A DNA stretch of 63,723 nt, the filler included, from Saprolegnia diclina VS20 (taxonomy: Eukaryota): the NCBI RefSeq assembly GCF_000281045.1. It is 6 parts of 3 records of this genome, joined end to end, with 100 filler letters (N's around TTAATTAATTAA, not from the genome) between each part and the next. Parts side by side here need not be neighbours in the genome. Positions count along the whole stretch, not along the records: positions 1 to 28,571 come from NW_008246071.1; positions 28,672 to 36,482 come from NW_008246071.1; 4 more parts are not named here. One strand, 5' to 3'. Below the pieces are notes generated by a model. That model was not told the DNA's origin. It saw only the letters and a list, made by a program, of their open reading frames with translations, and made no database searches. Positions 22,348 to 34,813 of this stretch are shown here, piece after piece (position 1 is the first letter of the stretch; every line of letters starts with the position of its first letter). The translations under genes were made by a program, and so were the position numbers.

Positions 22348-23549
22348 CGCGTCCGATTGACGGTCCAAATTCGACAATCTTCGTTTTCGACCGCCGGATA
22401 ATAATGTGTCCGGATACACTTTTGGAACGGCCGCCTTGAACTTCAAAAAGTGAGCGTGCACCGGTTTGGAACGGCCGCGACGTCATCGCGCCGTTTGATT
22501 CGACGCCAAGTGCCAGCTCGGCCATTGCTGGCGCGCACGTGTCATCGTCACGCCGGTTGTATAGCCCAGCCCTGTCCCGAAGGGCTTCAAAAGGGCTAGT
22601 GGGCTATATAAGTATATAGCAAGACAGTCGTTAGCTGCGTGCTATGCTGTGTGTGCACGAACTTGGCCACCAACTGCGCGACAAAGTCCATTCGTCCGCT
22701 ATCGCACGCGTGACGTCCGCCGTGGTCGCCGCGCTGTTAGTTGATGCTCGCGCTGTTGCTGCTTCGTGGTACGACCAGGTAATCGACGTGTAGGTCGCTG
22801 GGCTGGCTGGCGACGACTGCGATCAACAGTGCATGTACATTCGGCCCATCCCTGAAGGTCCCTGGTAGAGTACACTGCTTATTGTGGTCCTTGAAAGAGC
22901 GACGACTCGTTCGCAATGGTCGACATGAGAAGAGGTGGTCGTCGTGCGGGGCAACCCAGTGCGAGAGAGCTGTGCGAGAGGATTGCCGAGCGCCTATTGG
23001 AGCTGCAAGTGTGATGCGCAGCTGCGATAGATAGCAAACACGTGGCCCCTTGGTGCTTCAAGTGCAGGAAGCTCGCGCTGACGCCACCGCTCGTCGCAGA
23101 CGCCCTCGGAGAGAAGGATCGACTGCCGTCGGTCACGACTGCGACGCCGCATTCTTGAAGCACTTTGCGACATCGGTCGCGCGAACGAAGCCGGCGTCCC
23201 AGCGAACGCTTGCTTTGTCTCACTCCTCAGGTCGGGTCGACGCCGTTGGACTGCATGTGCAGACAGCGCACCCATGCACGCGGTGGTGACACATGACCCA
23301 CTCAGAAACGACACGCAGTTACTCGCGCTGTCAATGTCTCTTGGTTCGTGTCAATCCACCCTGCTACCCAGCTCGCCTCGATTCGAGGTGCTCGTAGCAT
23401 GACAACGACCCTAAGAATGGCTCGTAATAAATCGAATTATTAGTATCAATTCTCTTTATTTAATTCAATGGGAGCGCCGTGGTTGAACGACGTCGATATA
23501 TATAGATACAACTGTCAAACGCGCGAATAAGATAGGGAATAAAAAAGCA

Positions 23550-24608
23550 CTACGCGACCATGGTGCCACGCATGTTGTACACGGTACTGCTCGGCGTCGA
23601 CGGCGACGACTGGAACTGCAGTCGGAGGAGCGTGCCCGTGAGCGGCTTGGTCTGCACGACCATGCTGTGGCCGTGCTTGGCCTTGAGCGCTGGCACGACG
23701 AGTTTGAGGAAGCCTTCGAGCACGACCGGGTGGAGGCACTGGAGCTCGATCGGCTTGAGGCAGTTCGTGGGCTTGTGCAGTGCCGCATCCAGCCACCGGT
23801 GCAAGGACGCGACCTTGGTCTCGCTGCCTTGCGCCCAGTCGCGGCACAGCCGGTTCCACGGATCCGACCCGAGCGTGTATGGCAGCAGCGCTTCGGTGTG
23901 GGCCATGGTCTTCCACGACGCTTTTGGCGTTGCCATTGGCTCGTCGAGCAGCGACGCCTGGATCTGCATTGTGTCGTCGAGGCGCTCGTGGATCTCGGAG
24001 AGGAGGCGGACGATCGTTTGCTGAATTTGGTGCGACACGATGATGGACGACGGGACTTTCTGGCTGCCGTCCGTCTTGCGACCGGAAAAGACGACGCGCA
24101 TGACGCGGAGCAGGATATGGAATGACTTTTCCATGCCTTCAAGCGACTCTTGCAGCGGGTGCGTACTGCCACCAATGTTCATGTGCCGAGACGAGGACGA
24201 CGAGTGGGCCGGCGACGGCAGCGCATTCGGGCGCGGCGTCGTCTTGGGCGACGGCGCCGCGAGGCCTTTGATCGGACGGCTCGGGCGCGCGGGCGTGACG
24301 GCCGGCGACGGCTGCGCGTATTGGACGTTGGTTTTGATCGCTTGCAGCTGGTCGAAGACCGCAGCGCGCAACTTTTCGTGCTCGTTCATCCACGCGTTGA
24401 TGTCCTCGGTGGGCTGTTCGTGGAGGACCTCGAGGCCGTCGTAGAGGCTCGTCATGGGCAAGTTTGCGTTTGGATCCACGAGCTGCGCCTTGATGATTGC
24501 GATCTTGGTCTCGAGCATGTGCTGCTGCTCGGCGAGCGACTTGGCCTTGGCCTCGTAGAGCTTGAGGAGGCAGCGGCGCCACCAGCGTTGCAGTTGAATA
24601 AGAGCCAT
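23550..24608 (-). CDS. Hypothetical protein with N-terminal IQ-like motif and coiled coil
   Basis: Open frame of about 350 codons with coding-like codon use; starts MALIQLQRWWRRCL. Confidence 0.65.
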   Translation of the reverse strand: MALIQLQRWWRRCLLKLYEAKAKSLAEQQHMLETKIAIIKAQLVDPNANLPMTSLYDGLEVLHEQPTEDINAWMNEHEKLRAAVFDQLQAIKTNVQYAQPSPAVTPARPSRPIKGLAAPSPKTTPRPNALPSPAHSSSSSRHMNIGGSTHPLQESLEGMEKSFHILLRVMRVVFSGRKTDGSQKVPSSIIVSHQIQQTIVRLLSEIHERLDDTMQIQASLLDEPMATPKASWKTMAHTEALLPYTLGSDPWNRLCRDWAQGSETKVASLHRWLDAALHKPTNCLKPIELQCLHPVVLEGFLKLVVPALKAKHGHSMVVQTKPLTGTLLRLQFQSSPSTPSSTVYNMRGTMVA

Positions 24609-25915
24609 CGTTGTGATTGACGGTGCAAATCGGTGAATGCCGCGAGCGTTGACACGGTGTGTGAGCGCCAACGCATGTCCCACACGTGTGTAGCTCTTTG
24701 AACTGACGGGAATGGGCAGCTTGCGTCAAACTCCTAACCGGATGCTTCAAGAACGTGCAGCCAATGAGTAACGAGGCGGTTTCGCAAGTGAAAGGGCAAT
24801 TTCGGTATCCGGATAGGCGCGTCAACTCGCGGAACCGACTGTAGTGATACTCACAAGGGCACGATCCCACGCTGCGTTGATGCATGTTGAGATTACGAGG
24901 TGCATGCGAAGCATCCGAAGCTTCTAGCGTTCAGTGCAAAGCGCCGTGCAGTCTGCAGCGGTCGCACGCGAGCCATCTCGCCAGCTTGAACCCACTCGCA
25001 CTTCAAGAAATGGGCGCGTATCGCCAGCTTGGTGCACGCACTGATGCCAGAATTCGGGAGCACGAGAGGCCTACGGCAGGGGATGCGGCGGAGAATCATG
25101 CTCTGCTGCACGCATTTTGGGGATGGCGTTCGTATGTATGTGGGCATGTCTGAGAAGATCCTGCCTTGGTGCTGGCTCCCTTCGTTGCGTGCTCACGTAC
25201 ATGTCGTTTCACCGAAACGAAGAACGAGTGGTGTGTGGGTTGAACGAGCCGGTGTAGGACGACCATACACTCTGCGCTGGCTACTTCACTGCACGAAGGA
25301 CACTACTTTCTTGACAACGCCAGTCGCGCACCTGCACGCAACTCGATTTCGCAAAGGCAGGTGGTTTGCGACCACCGCTTGGAAGATGCCCGACGGTCTC
25401 TGCACCGCTTCCATATTTGCCACACGCGTTGAAATGGCCTGTGCCGCTTCGGTGGCGAATCCTGCTGCCACTTTGGCGCCGCGTCTTCAAGATGAACCGC
25501 ACCGACGTCCGCTTCTCGGCTCTCTCGTGTCTCTAGGGTGCCATTGAGCAGTGCCATGAATGACTCTTGTAGCCCAATGGGTACCTCCAAGCTGCGATTG
25601 ACGACGCTCTCAGCGTCTTGAGGCATCAGGTCAGGATGCAGCTATTCTTTGATTGCGAGCGTATCCAGGATTATCAAAACTCAAAGCTTCAAGACTTTGC
25701 AAGCATGACCTCATGTGCGAGCACTACTCGTACTCGATCGAGCTGCACACTCGAGCTCCCTCGCTGGCCTTCAGCTGCTGCTTTCGCACTATACCTTGAC
25801 AGTCGTCGAGCGCACCAACTACAGCGCTCGTGCGCGCACTCCCAGCTGCCGCATCAGCGAGCGCCTCGCTGCAGTCGCCCATAGCACGAGCTCACCAGCT
25901 CGCTTGTGAACCTCG

Positions 25916-26064
25916 CCAATGCGCCAAAGGCTGGCTGTGGACCGTCTTGGCGGGTGCAAAGTCCATTCTGATTGGCTCGCGCATTGCATTCCATTGCGAT
26001 GCGAGCGCTGATTGGCCAAAATGTTGCTGTCGCTTCTATGACGCCCGAGGGCGGCGCGGATTGG
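25916..26064. promoter_or_regulatory. Cluster of four CCAAT boxes upstream of mitochondrial EF-G
   Basis: CCAAT at 25916-25920; ATTGG at 25971, 26011 and 26060; 75-220 nt upstream of the ATG at 26139. Confidence 0.55.
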
Positions 26065-26138
26065 TTGAAATTGAAACCCCAGATTTACTGGTTTCCTGGG
26101 TGCATCGATGTTCATCACACTTCGATTCGTCTTGCAGC

Positions 26139-28379
26139 ATGCGCTTCCTCACCGCGCTGCGCCGCCCGTCGGTCCTGTCGCGCCACCTCCGCGCCGCTGG
26201 CTTCGCCGCGGACGCGACCAAGGCCACGCCCAGCATGGAGCTCTATGACAAGTTCCCGCACCCCGCGGGCTTCATGGACAACCTGCGCAACATTGGTATC
26301 TCGGCCCATATCGACTCGGGCAAGACGACGCTGACCGAGCGCATCCTCTTCTACACTGGTCGCATTAACGCGATCCATGACGTGCGTGGCAAGGACGGCG
26401 TCGGCGCCAAGATGGACTCGATGGACCTCGAGCGCGAGAAGGGTATCACGATCCAGTCCGCGGCCACGTACGCGACGTGGAAGACGTCCAACATCAACAT
26501 CATTGATACGCCGGGCCACGTCGACTTTACGATCGAAGTCGAGCGTGCGCTGCGTGTGCTCGATGGCGGTATCCTCGTGCTCTGCGGTGTCTCGGGCGTC
26601 CAGTCGCAGTCGCTCACGGTCGACAAGCAGATGAAGCGCTACGGTGTCCCGCGTATTGCGTTCATCAACAAGCTCGATCGCATGGGTGCCAACCCGTGGA
26701 AGGTTGTCGGCGACCTCCGCAAGCAGCTCAAGCTCAACGCGGCCGCTGTTCAGATCCCGATCGGCGCCGAAGACGCCCTTGAAGGCGTCGTCGACCTTGT
26801 CAAGATGCAGGTGTACCGCCACGAAGGCCCGAGCGGCGAGACGATCGTCGTCTCGAGCGAAATCCCGGAAGAGCTCAAGGAGCTTGCGGCGGCCAAGCGC
26901 CAGGAGATGATCGAGCGCCTCGCCGACGTCGACGACGAGATTGGTGAGCTCTTCCTCATGGAAGAAGAGCCGACGGTCGAGCAGCTCCAGACCGCGATCC
27001 GCAAGGCTACGATCGCGCACAAGTTTGTGCCTGTTTTTATGGGCTCTGCCTTCAAGAATAAGGGTGTCCAGCCGATGTTGGACGGCGTCCTGGACTACCT
27101 CCCGTCGCCGCACGAGAACGAGAACCTTGCGCTCGACCAGTCCAACAACGAACAGCCCGTGGTCGTCCCGTGCTCGCCCGACGCGCCGCTTCTGGCGCTT
27201 GCGTTCAAGCTCGAAGAAGGTCGCTTTGGCCAGCTCACGTACATGCGCATCTACTCGGGCACGCTCAAGCGCGGCGGCTTCATGCACAACATGTCGAACG
27301 GGAAGCGCATCAAGGTGCCGCGCCTCGTCAAGATGCACTCGAACGAGATGGTGGACGTCGACGAAGTCACGGCCGGCGAAGTCGTCGCCATGTTCGGCGT
27401 TGAGTGTGCGTCCATGGACACGTTCTCCGACTCGGGTGCCAACAAGCTCACGCTCACGTCGCTGCACGTGCCGGAGCCGGTCATGTCGCTCGCGATCATC
27501 CCCAACAACAAGCAGAACCTCAACAACTTTTCCAAGTCGCTCAACCGTTTCCAGCGCGAAGACCCGACGTTCCGCGTGCGCGTCGACGACGACTCGAAGC
27601 AGACGATCATCTCGGGCATGGGCGAGCTCCATTTGCAGATCTACATTGAGCGCATGAAGCGCGAGTACAGCGTCGAGGTCGAGTCGGGCGCGCCGCAGGT
27701 CAACTACCGCGAGACTGTGCGCCAGAAGGCCGACTTCAACTACCTGCACAAGAAGCAGTCGGGTGGGTCGGGCCAGTACGCCCGTGTCACGGGCTACGTC
27801 GAGCCAATTTCGGACGAGGAAATCGAGGCCGGCGAGGCCCCGGTCCAGTTCCAGAACGACATTATCGGTAACGCGATCCCGCCCGAGTACATCCAGGCGT
27901 GTGAGAAGGGTGTCAACGACGCTGTCGCCAAGGGCTGGCTCCTCGGCCACCCGATCACGCGCCTCCGCGTCGTCATCACGGACGGCCAGGCCCACGCAGT
28001 CGATTCGAGCGAACTGGCTTTCCGTACGGCCATGGTGCAGGCCATTCGCGCGGCGTTCACGAAGGCCAACCCGAGCGTGCTCGAGCCGCTCATGACGGTC
28101 GAAGTCGACGTCCCGAACGAGTTCCAGGGCGGCATCATCGCCGAACTCAACCGTCGCCGTGGCATGATCCAAAGCAGCGAGGCCGACGAGACGACGACGG
28201 TCATCCGCGCCGACGTGCCGCTTCAAAACATGTTTGGGTTCTCGACCGACCTCCGGTCGTCGACGCAGGGCAAGGGCGAGTTCACGATGGAGTACAAGAC
28301 GCACGACTTTGTCGCGCGCGACGCGCAAGAGAAGCTCGTCGCCGAGTACCAGAAGGAGCTCGCTGCCAAGAACAAGTAA
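26139..28379 (+). CDS. GFM1: Mitochondrial translation elongation factor G1
   Basis: Arg-rich presequence, [71 protein letters not shown]; intronless. Confidence 0.97.
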   Translation: MRFLTALRRPSVLSRHLRAAGFAADATKATPSMELYDKFPHPAGFMDNLRNIGISAHIDSGKTTLTERILFYTGRINAIHDVRGKDGVGAKMDSMDLEREKGITIQSAATYATWKTSNINIIDTPGHVDFTIEVERALRVLDGGILVLCGVSGVQSQSLTVDKQMKRYGVPRIAFINKLDRMGANPWKVVGDLRKQLKLNAAAVQIPIGAEDALEGVVDLVKMQVYRHEGPSGETIVVSSEIPEELKELAAAKRQEMIERLADVDDEIGELFLMEEEPTVEQLQTAIRKATIAHKFVPVFMGSAFKNKGVQPMLDGVLDYLPSPHENENLALDQSNNEQPVVVPCSPDAPLLALAFKLEEGRFGQLTYMRIYSGTLKRGGFMHNMSNGKRIKVPRLVKMHSNEMVDVDEVTAGEVVAMFGVECASMDTFSDSGANKLTLTSLHVPEPVMSLAIIPNNKQNLNNFSKSLNRFQREDPTFRVRVDDDSKQTIISGMGELHLQIYIERMKREYSVEVESGAPQVNYRETVRQKADFNYLHKKQSGGSGQYARVTGYVEPISDEEIEAGEAPVQFQNDIIGNAIPPEYIQACEKGVNDAVAKGWLLGHPITRLRVVITDGQAHAVDSSELAFRTAMVQAIRAAFTKANPSVLEPLMTVEVDVPNEFQGGIIAELNRRRGMIQSSEADETTTVIRADVPLQNMFGFSTDLRSSTQGKGEFTMEYKTHDFVARDAQEKLVAEYQKELAAKNK

Positions 28380-28571
28380 TTAAACGCCAAGTAGATAGAA
28401 AATACCACCACGCAAATGCATCATTTTGCTTGTGATTGACCGCTCTGGACCACGTCACGGACAAGAGGCATACTAACATTCGATAAGGACCTCGTACACA
28501 TGAATCAAAGCTGGAGACTCGAGCGAAACAGCCGCCGCAGGTCATTCCATGGCCAGGTTTGTGGTAAGAAA

Positions 28572-28671
28572 NNNNNNNNNNNNNNNNNNNNNNNNNNNNN
28601 NNNNNNNNNNNNNNNTTAATTAATTAANNNNNNNNNNNNNNNNNNNNNNNNNNNNNNNNNNNNNNNNNNNN
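28572..28671. other. Artificial contig-join spacer N44-TTAATTAATTAA-N44 (other 12-mers at 36527, 58778, 60201, 61704)
   Basis: Identical 12-mer with stops in all six frames, centred in 100-nt N blocks. Confidence 0.95.
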
Positions 28672-29756
28672 TAGGCGGTGACGATGGCCCTCGGTGGCTC
28701 GACGAACGCGGTCTTGCACCTGATTGCGGTCGCCCGTGCGGCCGGCGTGCCGTTGACGATCGACGATTTCGACGCGATTGGCGAGCGCACGCCGTACATT
28801 GCCGACCTCAAGCCCAGCGGCAAGTTTGTCATGGAAGATCTGCACAAGTACGAGATGCGCGTCGTGTACGAAGCTCAGTATGATGGTGTAGCGTCGGCGG
28901 GATTCCTGCGGTCGTCAAGTACCTCCTCGAGAAGGATCTGCTCCAGGGCGATGCGCTCACCGTCACGGGCAAGACGCTCGCCGAAAACGTGGCAAACCTC
29001 CCGAGCCTCTCGGACAACGGCCGCATTATCCACGCGGTCGAGACGCCCATCAAGGCCTCGGGCCACATCCGCGTGCTGCGGGGCAACGTCGCGCCCGAGG
29101 GCGCTGTCGCCAAGATCACAGGCATGGAGGGCCTCCACTTCAAGGGCGTGTGCAAGGTACAAACGTTCTCTATCGCGTCCAAGTGGACGAAGGATCGATA
29201 GGTCTTTGACAACGAAGAAGATATGCTCAAGGCGCTCGAAGATGGCGAAATCACCAAGGGCACGGTGATTGTGATTCGCTACGAAGGCCCGAAAGGCGGC
29301 CCGGGCATGCCCGAGATGCGTACGATACGATGAACTTTCTCGGTGTGCAGGTGCTGATGCTATTACAATGACTAGTCACGTGCACGTCGGCGCTCTTTGG
29401 CGCTGGCCTCGCCAACGATGTCGCCATGCTGACCGACGGCCGCTTCTCGGGTGGCTCGCACGGTAGAGCCGACGTCGCGTTGAATCTTGAGAGCTCATAT
29501 ATACGACGTAGGCTTTATCATTGGCCACATTACGCCCGAGGCCCAAGTCGGTGGACCCATCGCGCTGCTCCAGAACGGTGACGTGGTCACGATCGATGCA
29601 GTCAACAACCGCGTCGACGTCGACTTGACGGAGAAGGAACTCGCGGACCGCGCCAAGGAATGGCGCGCACCGCCGCTCAAGGTCAACCGCGGCGTGCTCT
29701 ACAAGTACATCCAGAACGTCTCGTCGGCGTCCCATGGCTGCGTCACGGACGAGTAG
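28672..29756 (+). CDS. ILV3: Dihydroxy-acid dehydratase, copy 1 (5' part lost in the contig join)
   Basis: [78 protein letters not shown]; four short introns. Confidence 0.92.
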
Positions 29757-30244
29757 TCGTAGTCGTATGTAGTAGGACCGTATAAATAAAAAGGGCTGTA
29801 CCAAGGCCAACTCGTTTATAGCCCCCTAGCATAGCGCTGCTACAACCATGCAGGTAGGAGGAATAACGTCAAGTTGACGCTGCGGACGAGGCGGCGTCCG
29901 TCGGTCGAGCGCAATTGGTTGGCGATTGCGCAATATTCCAAGAGTACCGGTAAACGTACTGGGTCTAGCGTCGTGATTACAAATCCCTTTGTCGTTGCGT
30001 GCTTCCAGCAGCCCAAGACTGCGGTCGAGCCACAAGCGCGGTGCCGAAAGCCGCGCGACGAGCACATGGCGGCGGCGCTGTTTGGGCAATCACGTTGGCG
30101 GCCATGAGAATAAGATCTTGTTTGTGCAACCACGTTGCAGTGTCTGGTCGATCCGGATACGCAGCAGCCAATGAAACGGCCGGACGGGGCATCCTTGGAT
30201 ACGCCATCGTGGACCACAATTCAACTTCAGCCCCAGACGCCAAT

Positions 30245-32241
30245 ATGTGGAAGCAGCTGCGCCCGCTGGCCCGCGCCATGAGCACGACGACCAAGAAGGA
30301 GGTCAAGATCAACAAGTACTCGGCGATCCTCACGGAGCACAAGAGCCGCGGCGCGGCGCAGGCCATGCTNNNNNNNNNNNNNNNNNNNNNNNNNNNNNNN
30401 NNNNNNNNNNNNNNNNNNNNNNNNNNNNNNNNNNNNNNNNNNNNNNNNNNNNNNNNNNNNNNNNNNNNNNNNNNNNNNNNNNNNNNNNNNNNNNNNNNNN
30501 NNNNNNNNNNNNNNNNNNNNNNNNNNNNNNNNNNNNNNNNNNNNNNNNNNNNNNNNNNNNNNNNNNNNNNNNNNNNNNNNNNNNNNNNNNNNNNNNNNNN
30601 NNNNNNNNNNNNNNNNNNNNNNNNNNNNNNNNNNNNNNNNNNNNNNNNNNNNNNNNNNNNNNNNNNNNNNNNNNNNNNNNNNNNNNNNNNNNNNNNNNNN
30701 NNNNNNNNNNNNNNNNNNNNNNNNNNNNNNNNNNNNNNNNNNNNNNNNNNNNNNNNNNNNNNNNNNNNNNNNNNNNNNNNNNNNNNNNNNNNNNNNNNNN
30801 NNNNNNNNNNNNNNNNNNNNNNNNNNNNNNNNNNNNNNNNNNNNNNNNNNNNNNNNNNNNNNNNNNNNNNNNNNNNNNNNNNNNNNNNNNNNNNNNNNNN
30901 NNNNNNNNNNNNNNNNNNNNNNNNNNNNNNNNNNNNNNNNNNNNNNNNNNNNNNNNNNNNNNNNNNNNNNNNNNNNNNNNNNNNNNNNNNNNNNNNNNNN
31001 NNNNNNNNNNNNNNNNNNNNNNNNNNNNNNNNNNNNNNNNNNNNNNNNNNNNNNNNNNNNNNNNNNNNNNNNNNNNNNNNNNNNNNNNNNNNNNNNNNNN
31101 NNNNNNNNNNNNNNNNNNNNNNNNNNNNNNNNNNNNNNNNNNNNNNNNNNNNNNNNNNNNNNNNNNNNNNNNNNNNNNNNNNNNNNNNNNNNNNNNNNNN
31201 NNNNNNNNNNNNNNNNNNNNNNNNNNNNNNNNNNNNNNNNNNNNNNNNNNNNNNNNNNNNNNNNNNNNNGCGGCCGGCGTGCCGTTGACGATCGACGACT
31301 TTGAAGTCATCAGCGAGAAGGTCCCGTTCCTCGCCGATCTCAAGCCCAGCGGCAAATATGTCATGGAAGACCTGCACAAGTACGATTCGCGCATTGGTGT
31401 ATCGCACAGGACTCAGTCATGCTTAGGGTCGGTGGCATTCCCGCCGTGTGCAAGTACCTCTTGGAGAAGAATATTCTGACGGGCGACGTACTTACGATCA
31501 CGGGCAAGACGCTGGCCGAGAACGTTGCAAACGTCCCAGGTCTCTCGGACAACCACAAGATCATCCATCCGGTCGAGACGCCCATCAAGGCGTCGGGGCA
31601 TTTGCGCATCCTCCGCGGCAACATGGCGCCCGAAGGCTCTGTCGCCAAGATCACGGGCAAGGAAGGACTGCACTTCAAGGGCGAGGCGCGTGTCTACGAC
31701 TGCGAGGAAGACATGATGAAGGCGCTCGAGGACGGCGAAATCTCAAAGGGTCACGTCATCATCATTCGCTACGAAGGCCCCAAGGGCGGACCGGGCATGC
31801 CCGAAATGCGTACGTTGTTTGTTTCTACTCGTACGCTCATCAACTAATCTCTCTCTAGTCACATGCACGTCGGCCATCATGGGCGCTGGTCTCGGCAGCG
31901 ACGTGGCCATGCTCACGGACGGTCGCTTCTCGGGTGGCTCGCACGGTGCGTGAAAAGCTCCAAGCCATCGGAGTCGCTCATCTTGGCCCGTAGGCTTTAT
32001 CATTGGCCACATTACGCCCGAGGCCCAGGTCGGCGGCCCCATTGCGCTCGTCAAGACGGGCGACATTGTCGAGATCGACGCTGTCCAGAACCGCATCGAC
32101 ATCACCGGCGTCTCGGAGAACGAGATGGCGTCGCGGGCAAAGGCGTGGCGCGCGCCGCCGCTCAAGGCCACGCGTGGCACCCTCTACAAGTACATCAAGA
32201 ACGTCTCGTCGGCGTCGCTGGGCTGCGTCACGGACGAATAA
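30245..32241 (+). CDS. ILV3: Dihydroxy-acid dehydratase, copy 2 (mitochondrial presequence; spans a 900-N gap)
   Basis: [33 protein letters not shown] before the gap; same C-terminal motifs as copy 1 after it; stop at 32239-32241. Confidence 0.92.
30370..31269. other. Sequence gap (900 N) inside dihydroxy-acid dehydratase copy 2
   Basis: Run of N. Confidence 0.99.
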
Positions 32242-32273
32242 GCATAGTGTCGTAAAAACAATTGCGTATGTAT

Positions 32274-34143
32274 CTAGTCCGATGGCGTGTCGACGATCCA
32301 GAGCCGCAGCACCATCTCGTGCGGAGCGGCTTCGTCCGGAAGCCACTCGGACGCCACTTGAATGTCCTTCCGCAGCTGCATGAGCCGCGTGAGCAATCTA
32401 GCGTCCTCCTGTTAGCTACGAAGAGTTGCTTTTGCGTACTTGATGAAGCGGTTGCCGACGTCGGTCTGGAGCTTGGTGATCTCGAGGGCGCGCGCGCGGA
32501 GGTCGGCCGACGTCTTTCCATCGAGGAGGTGCCCGATCCACGTGAGGCAAAATGAAAACTTTTTGAGGCTCATCTTGCAAATGTCATGGCTACGGTCCTT
32601 AGCACCCAAGTCCTGGAAGAAGAGAGACGCACCGAAGCAAGTCGAGGAGCTCATCCTCCGGCTCCAAGCGCGGGTACTGGGACAGCATGCGCTGCAGCAC
32701 GCGGTCAAAGAGCTCTTCGTCGTGGTCGTGGCCGTGCACGCCGTACGCGTAGCACTTGTCGCAGAGCTCGACATGGGCGCAGCTCCGGCAGACCCATTTG
32801 GGTCCTACGATGGGGCTGCGCTGGCAGCCGTCGCACGTTGCCTTCTCGTGCACGAACCGCGTGGGTGTCCGCTGCGGCGTCGACGAGCGGGAGCTCAAGC
32901 CCATGAGTTTTTTCGCTTTGGACGAGAGCGAGTTGAAGCGTGTCGGCTGGTGGGCGTCGGGCGACGGCTCAGCAGAGCCACCACTGACGTACGGGCTCGT
33001 CGGATGGTTCATCATGGCGCTCGTCGACCCGCCAGAGACGCGGTGATTGTAATTCATTGGCGGGGTCGGTGGCGCCTGGAGCGCGCGCGAGACAAAGTAC
33101 GGCTTGGTCGAGTGCAATTCTCGTGGCCCGTGGAGCACCGCGATGGAGGCGTCGCCCGAGTCGTGGAGGCTAAAGAGGTGGTCGGCGCCGTACGGGTTGG
33201 GCTTGGACTGCGACGAAATGCGCTCGCGCGGACTCGGGAGGATGTCGTGGAGCGATGCGGCCGTGCTTCGGCGCTCGTGCTCCTCCTCCGAGACGATGCG
33301 GGCGTCCGTCACGATCGACCGGCGCATGCGCGTGTACACCTGGACGTGCCGCCCGTCCCGCGAGAGCACGGGCATCAAGCTCACGAGGAGGCCGTCGAGA
33401 GCCTCGGGTGGCAAGTTGGGCAGCACCTCGTCGATGTTCACATGCGCACCACCGACGACGGGCTCGATCATCTTGAGCAGCTGAGAACGCACTGGCGGCG
33501 GGAGCTTGTTGAGCTCCCGGTACAGCGCCGACGTATCACCGCCGTCGTCGTCGTCATGGGTCATCGGCGTCGTGTACAGGATCCATCCCTTCTCCATCTC
33601 GGAGGACCGCTGCAGCGAAGACCGGTCCGCGACGGGCGGCGCCGCCTTGACTTGCACATCGACGCTTGACAGCGTTGCACGTCGGATGTCGTCGAGTTCG
33701 CCGTGCACCTGACGCAGTCGCTCGCGCGCTTGCCGAAGGTTGTTGCTATGAACGTTGATGTCGTGGTCCTTCAGTGCCATCAGCTGCGAAAGCTGGGCAT
33801 TCTCTTTCTGCGCTGCGAGAAGCTGCGTCCGAAGCAGCTCGTTCAGCCGCGTCGAGGAGCTCGCAGCATGCGTCGATGGCGGCTTCACCTTCTCTTGTCG
33901 CTGTTCTGAGCGCTTCCGCGCATCTTGGGCAACTTCGAGCATCGCGCGCAGCGCTGTGGCTTCGCTCGCCCTCGCCGCAAGCTCCCGCTTGAGGTACGCG
34001 ACTTCGGTCTCGAGGCTCTGCGCTGCGTGCTGCGTCGCGACGAGCAGCTGATGAGACGAAGAGAGCGACGCCACCTGCTTCCGCAGCGCCTCGAGCTCTT
34101 GCCGGTGCTCGACCTTGGCGGCCGTCGGCCCATGCTGGTCCAT
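32274..34143 (-). CDS. Coiled-coil protein with ZZ-type zinc finger
   Basis: HEKATCDGCQRSPIVGPKWVCRSCAHVELCDKCY..GVH; N-terminal heptads; two 3' introns lead to ...LRLWIVDTPSD* at 32274. Confidence 0.82.
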
Positions 34144-34766
34144 GACACGAAATCCTCAACGAAATGACGGCGCCATCCAGGACTTAGCCTGTTAAAATTC
34201 GGCCCCAAGGCACTATAATTAGGAACTTAAGTCCTTGTTTCGTTGAGGCTCTAATTTGAAGTCAATGACGTGGCGCGCGGAATCGTCTCCACTCAACGGG
34301 CACGACGTCGACGTCAGGCAGACCAAGGGAACAAGACATAATGTGTTTCCCAAGTGGTAGACAGTCGTGTCGCGAGCACTGGCGAAATGAGGCTAATAAC
34401 TTACGAGCTACCACTATTTATTGAGAGAAAAGGTAGGCAACTCCTTCCGTTGCATGTGCATTCAAACCCAAGGAGAGGTAATGCGAAGTTTATTAGTCAG
34501 TAGGCGGTGAGATGGCTTGACTGGGACGATCAATTTACCGGTAGTACGTCGGACGCATGCTTGAGTTCGAAGCTTTGCCGTTATGTCATCGAGATCCCTT
34601 TGAATGTTGACTTCAAGTACGTATGAAATGACGATCCGTGTACATACACCAACACTTGGCTGCTTGCAAGACGCGCGGAGGAGCTCTGCAGAGGGTGCTG
34701 CAAGTCAGTGTACCCGTCCCTTCATCATCAATCGTCACGAGCATCTTCATCGGCATCGCACGCACA

Positions 34767-34784
34767 GTATCCGGAACCGGATAC
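34767..34784. promoter_or_regulatory. Perfect inverted pair GTATCCGG-AA-CCGGATAC (example of the recurrent upstream motif)
   Basis: Lies 30 nt upstream of the ATG at 34814; the same 8-mer recurs upstream of at least seven other genes. Confidence 0.55.
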
Positions 34785-34813
34785 CGTGGCGCCATTCAGT
34801 GGCACAAACAGAC

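Noticed and set aside
24880..25900. Several short ORFs between the IQ-like gene and EF-G (and at 22880-23320)
   Set aside because: No recognisable domains or consistent exon structure; may be decayed sequence.
26115..28328. 737-aa antisense ORF over EF-G (likewise 43100-47146 over eIF4G and 9396-11342 over FAM21)
   Set aside because: Shadow ORFs expected from strong GC3 codon bias; no recognisable motifs.
28616..28627. Palindromic TTAATTAATTAA repeated five times (also 36527, 58778, 60201, 61704)
   Set aside because: Always centred between 44-N runs; it is an artificial six-frame-stop contig linker, not biology.
29977..31479. Long ORFs full of X
   Set aside because: Produced by translating through the N gap.
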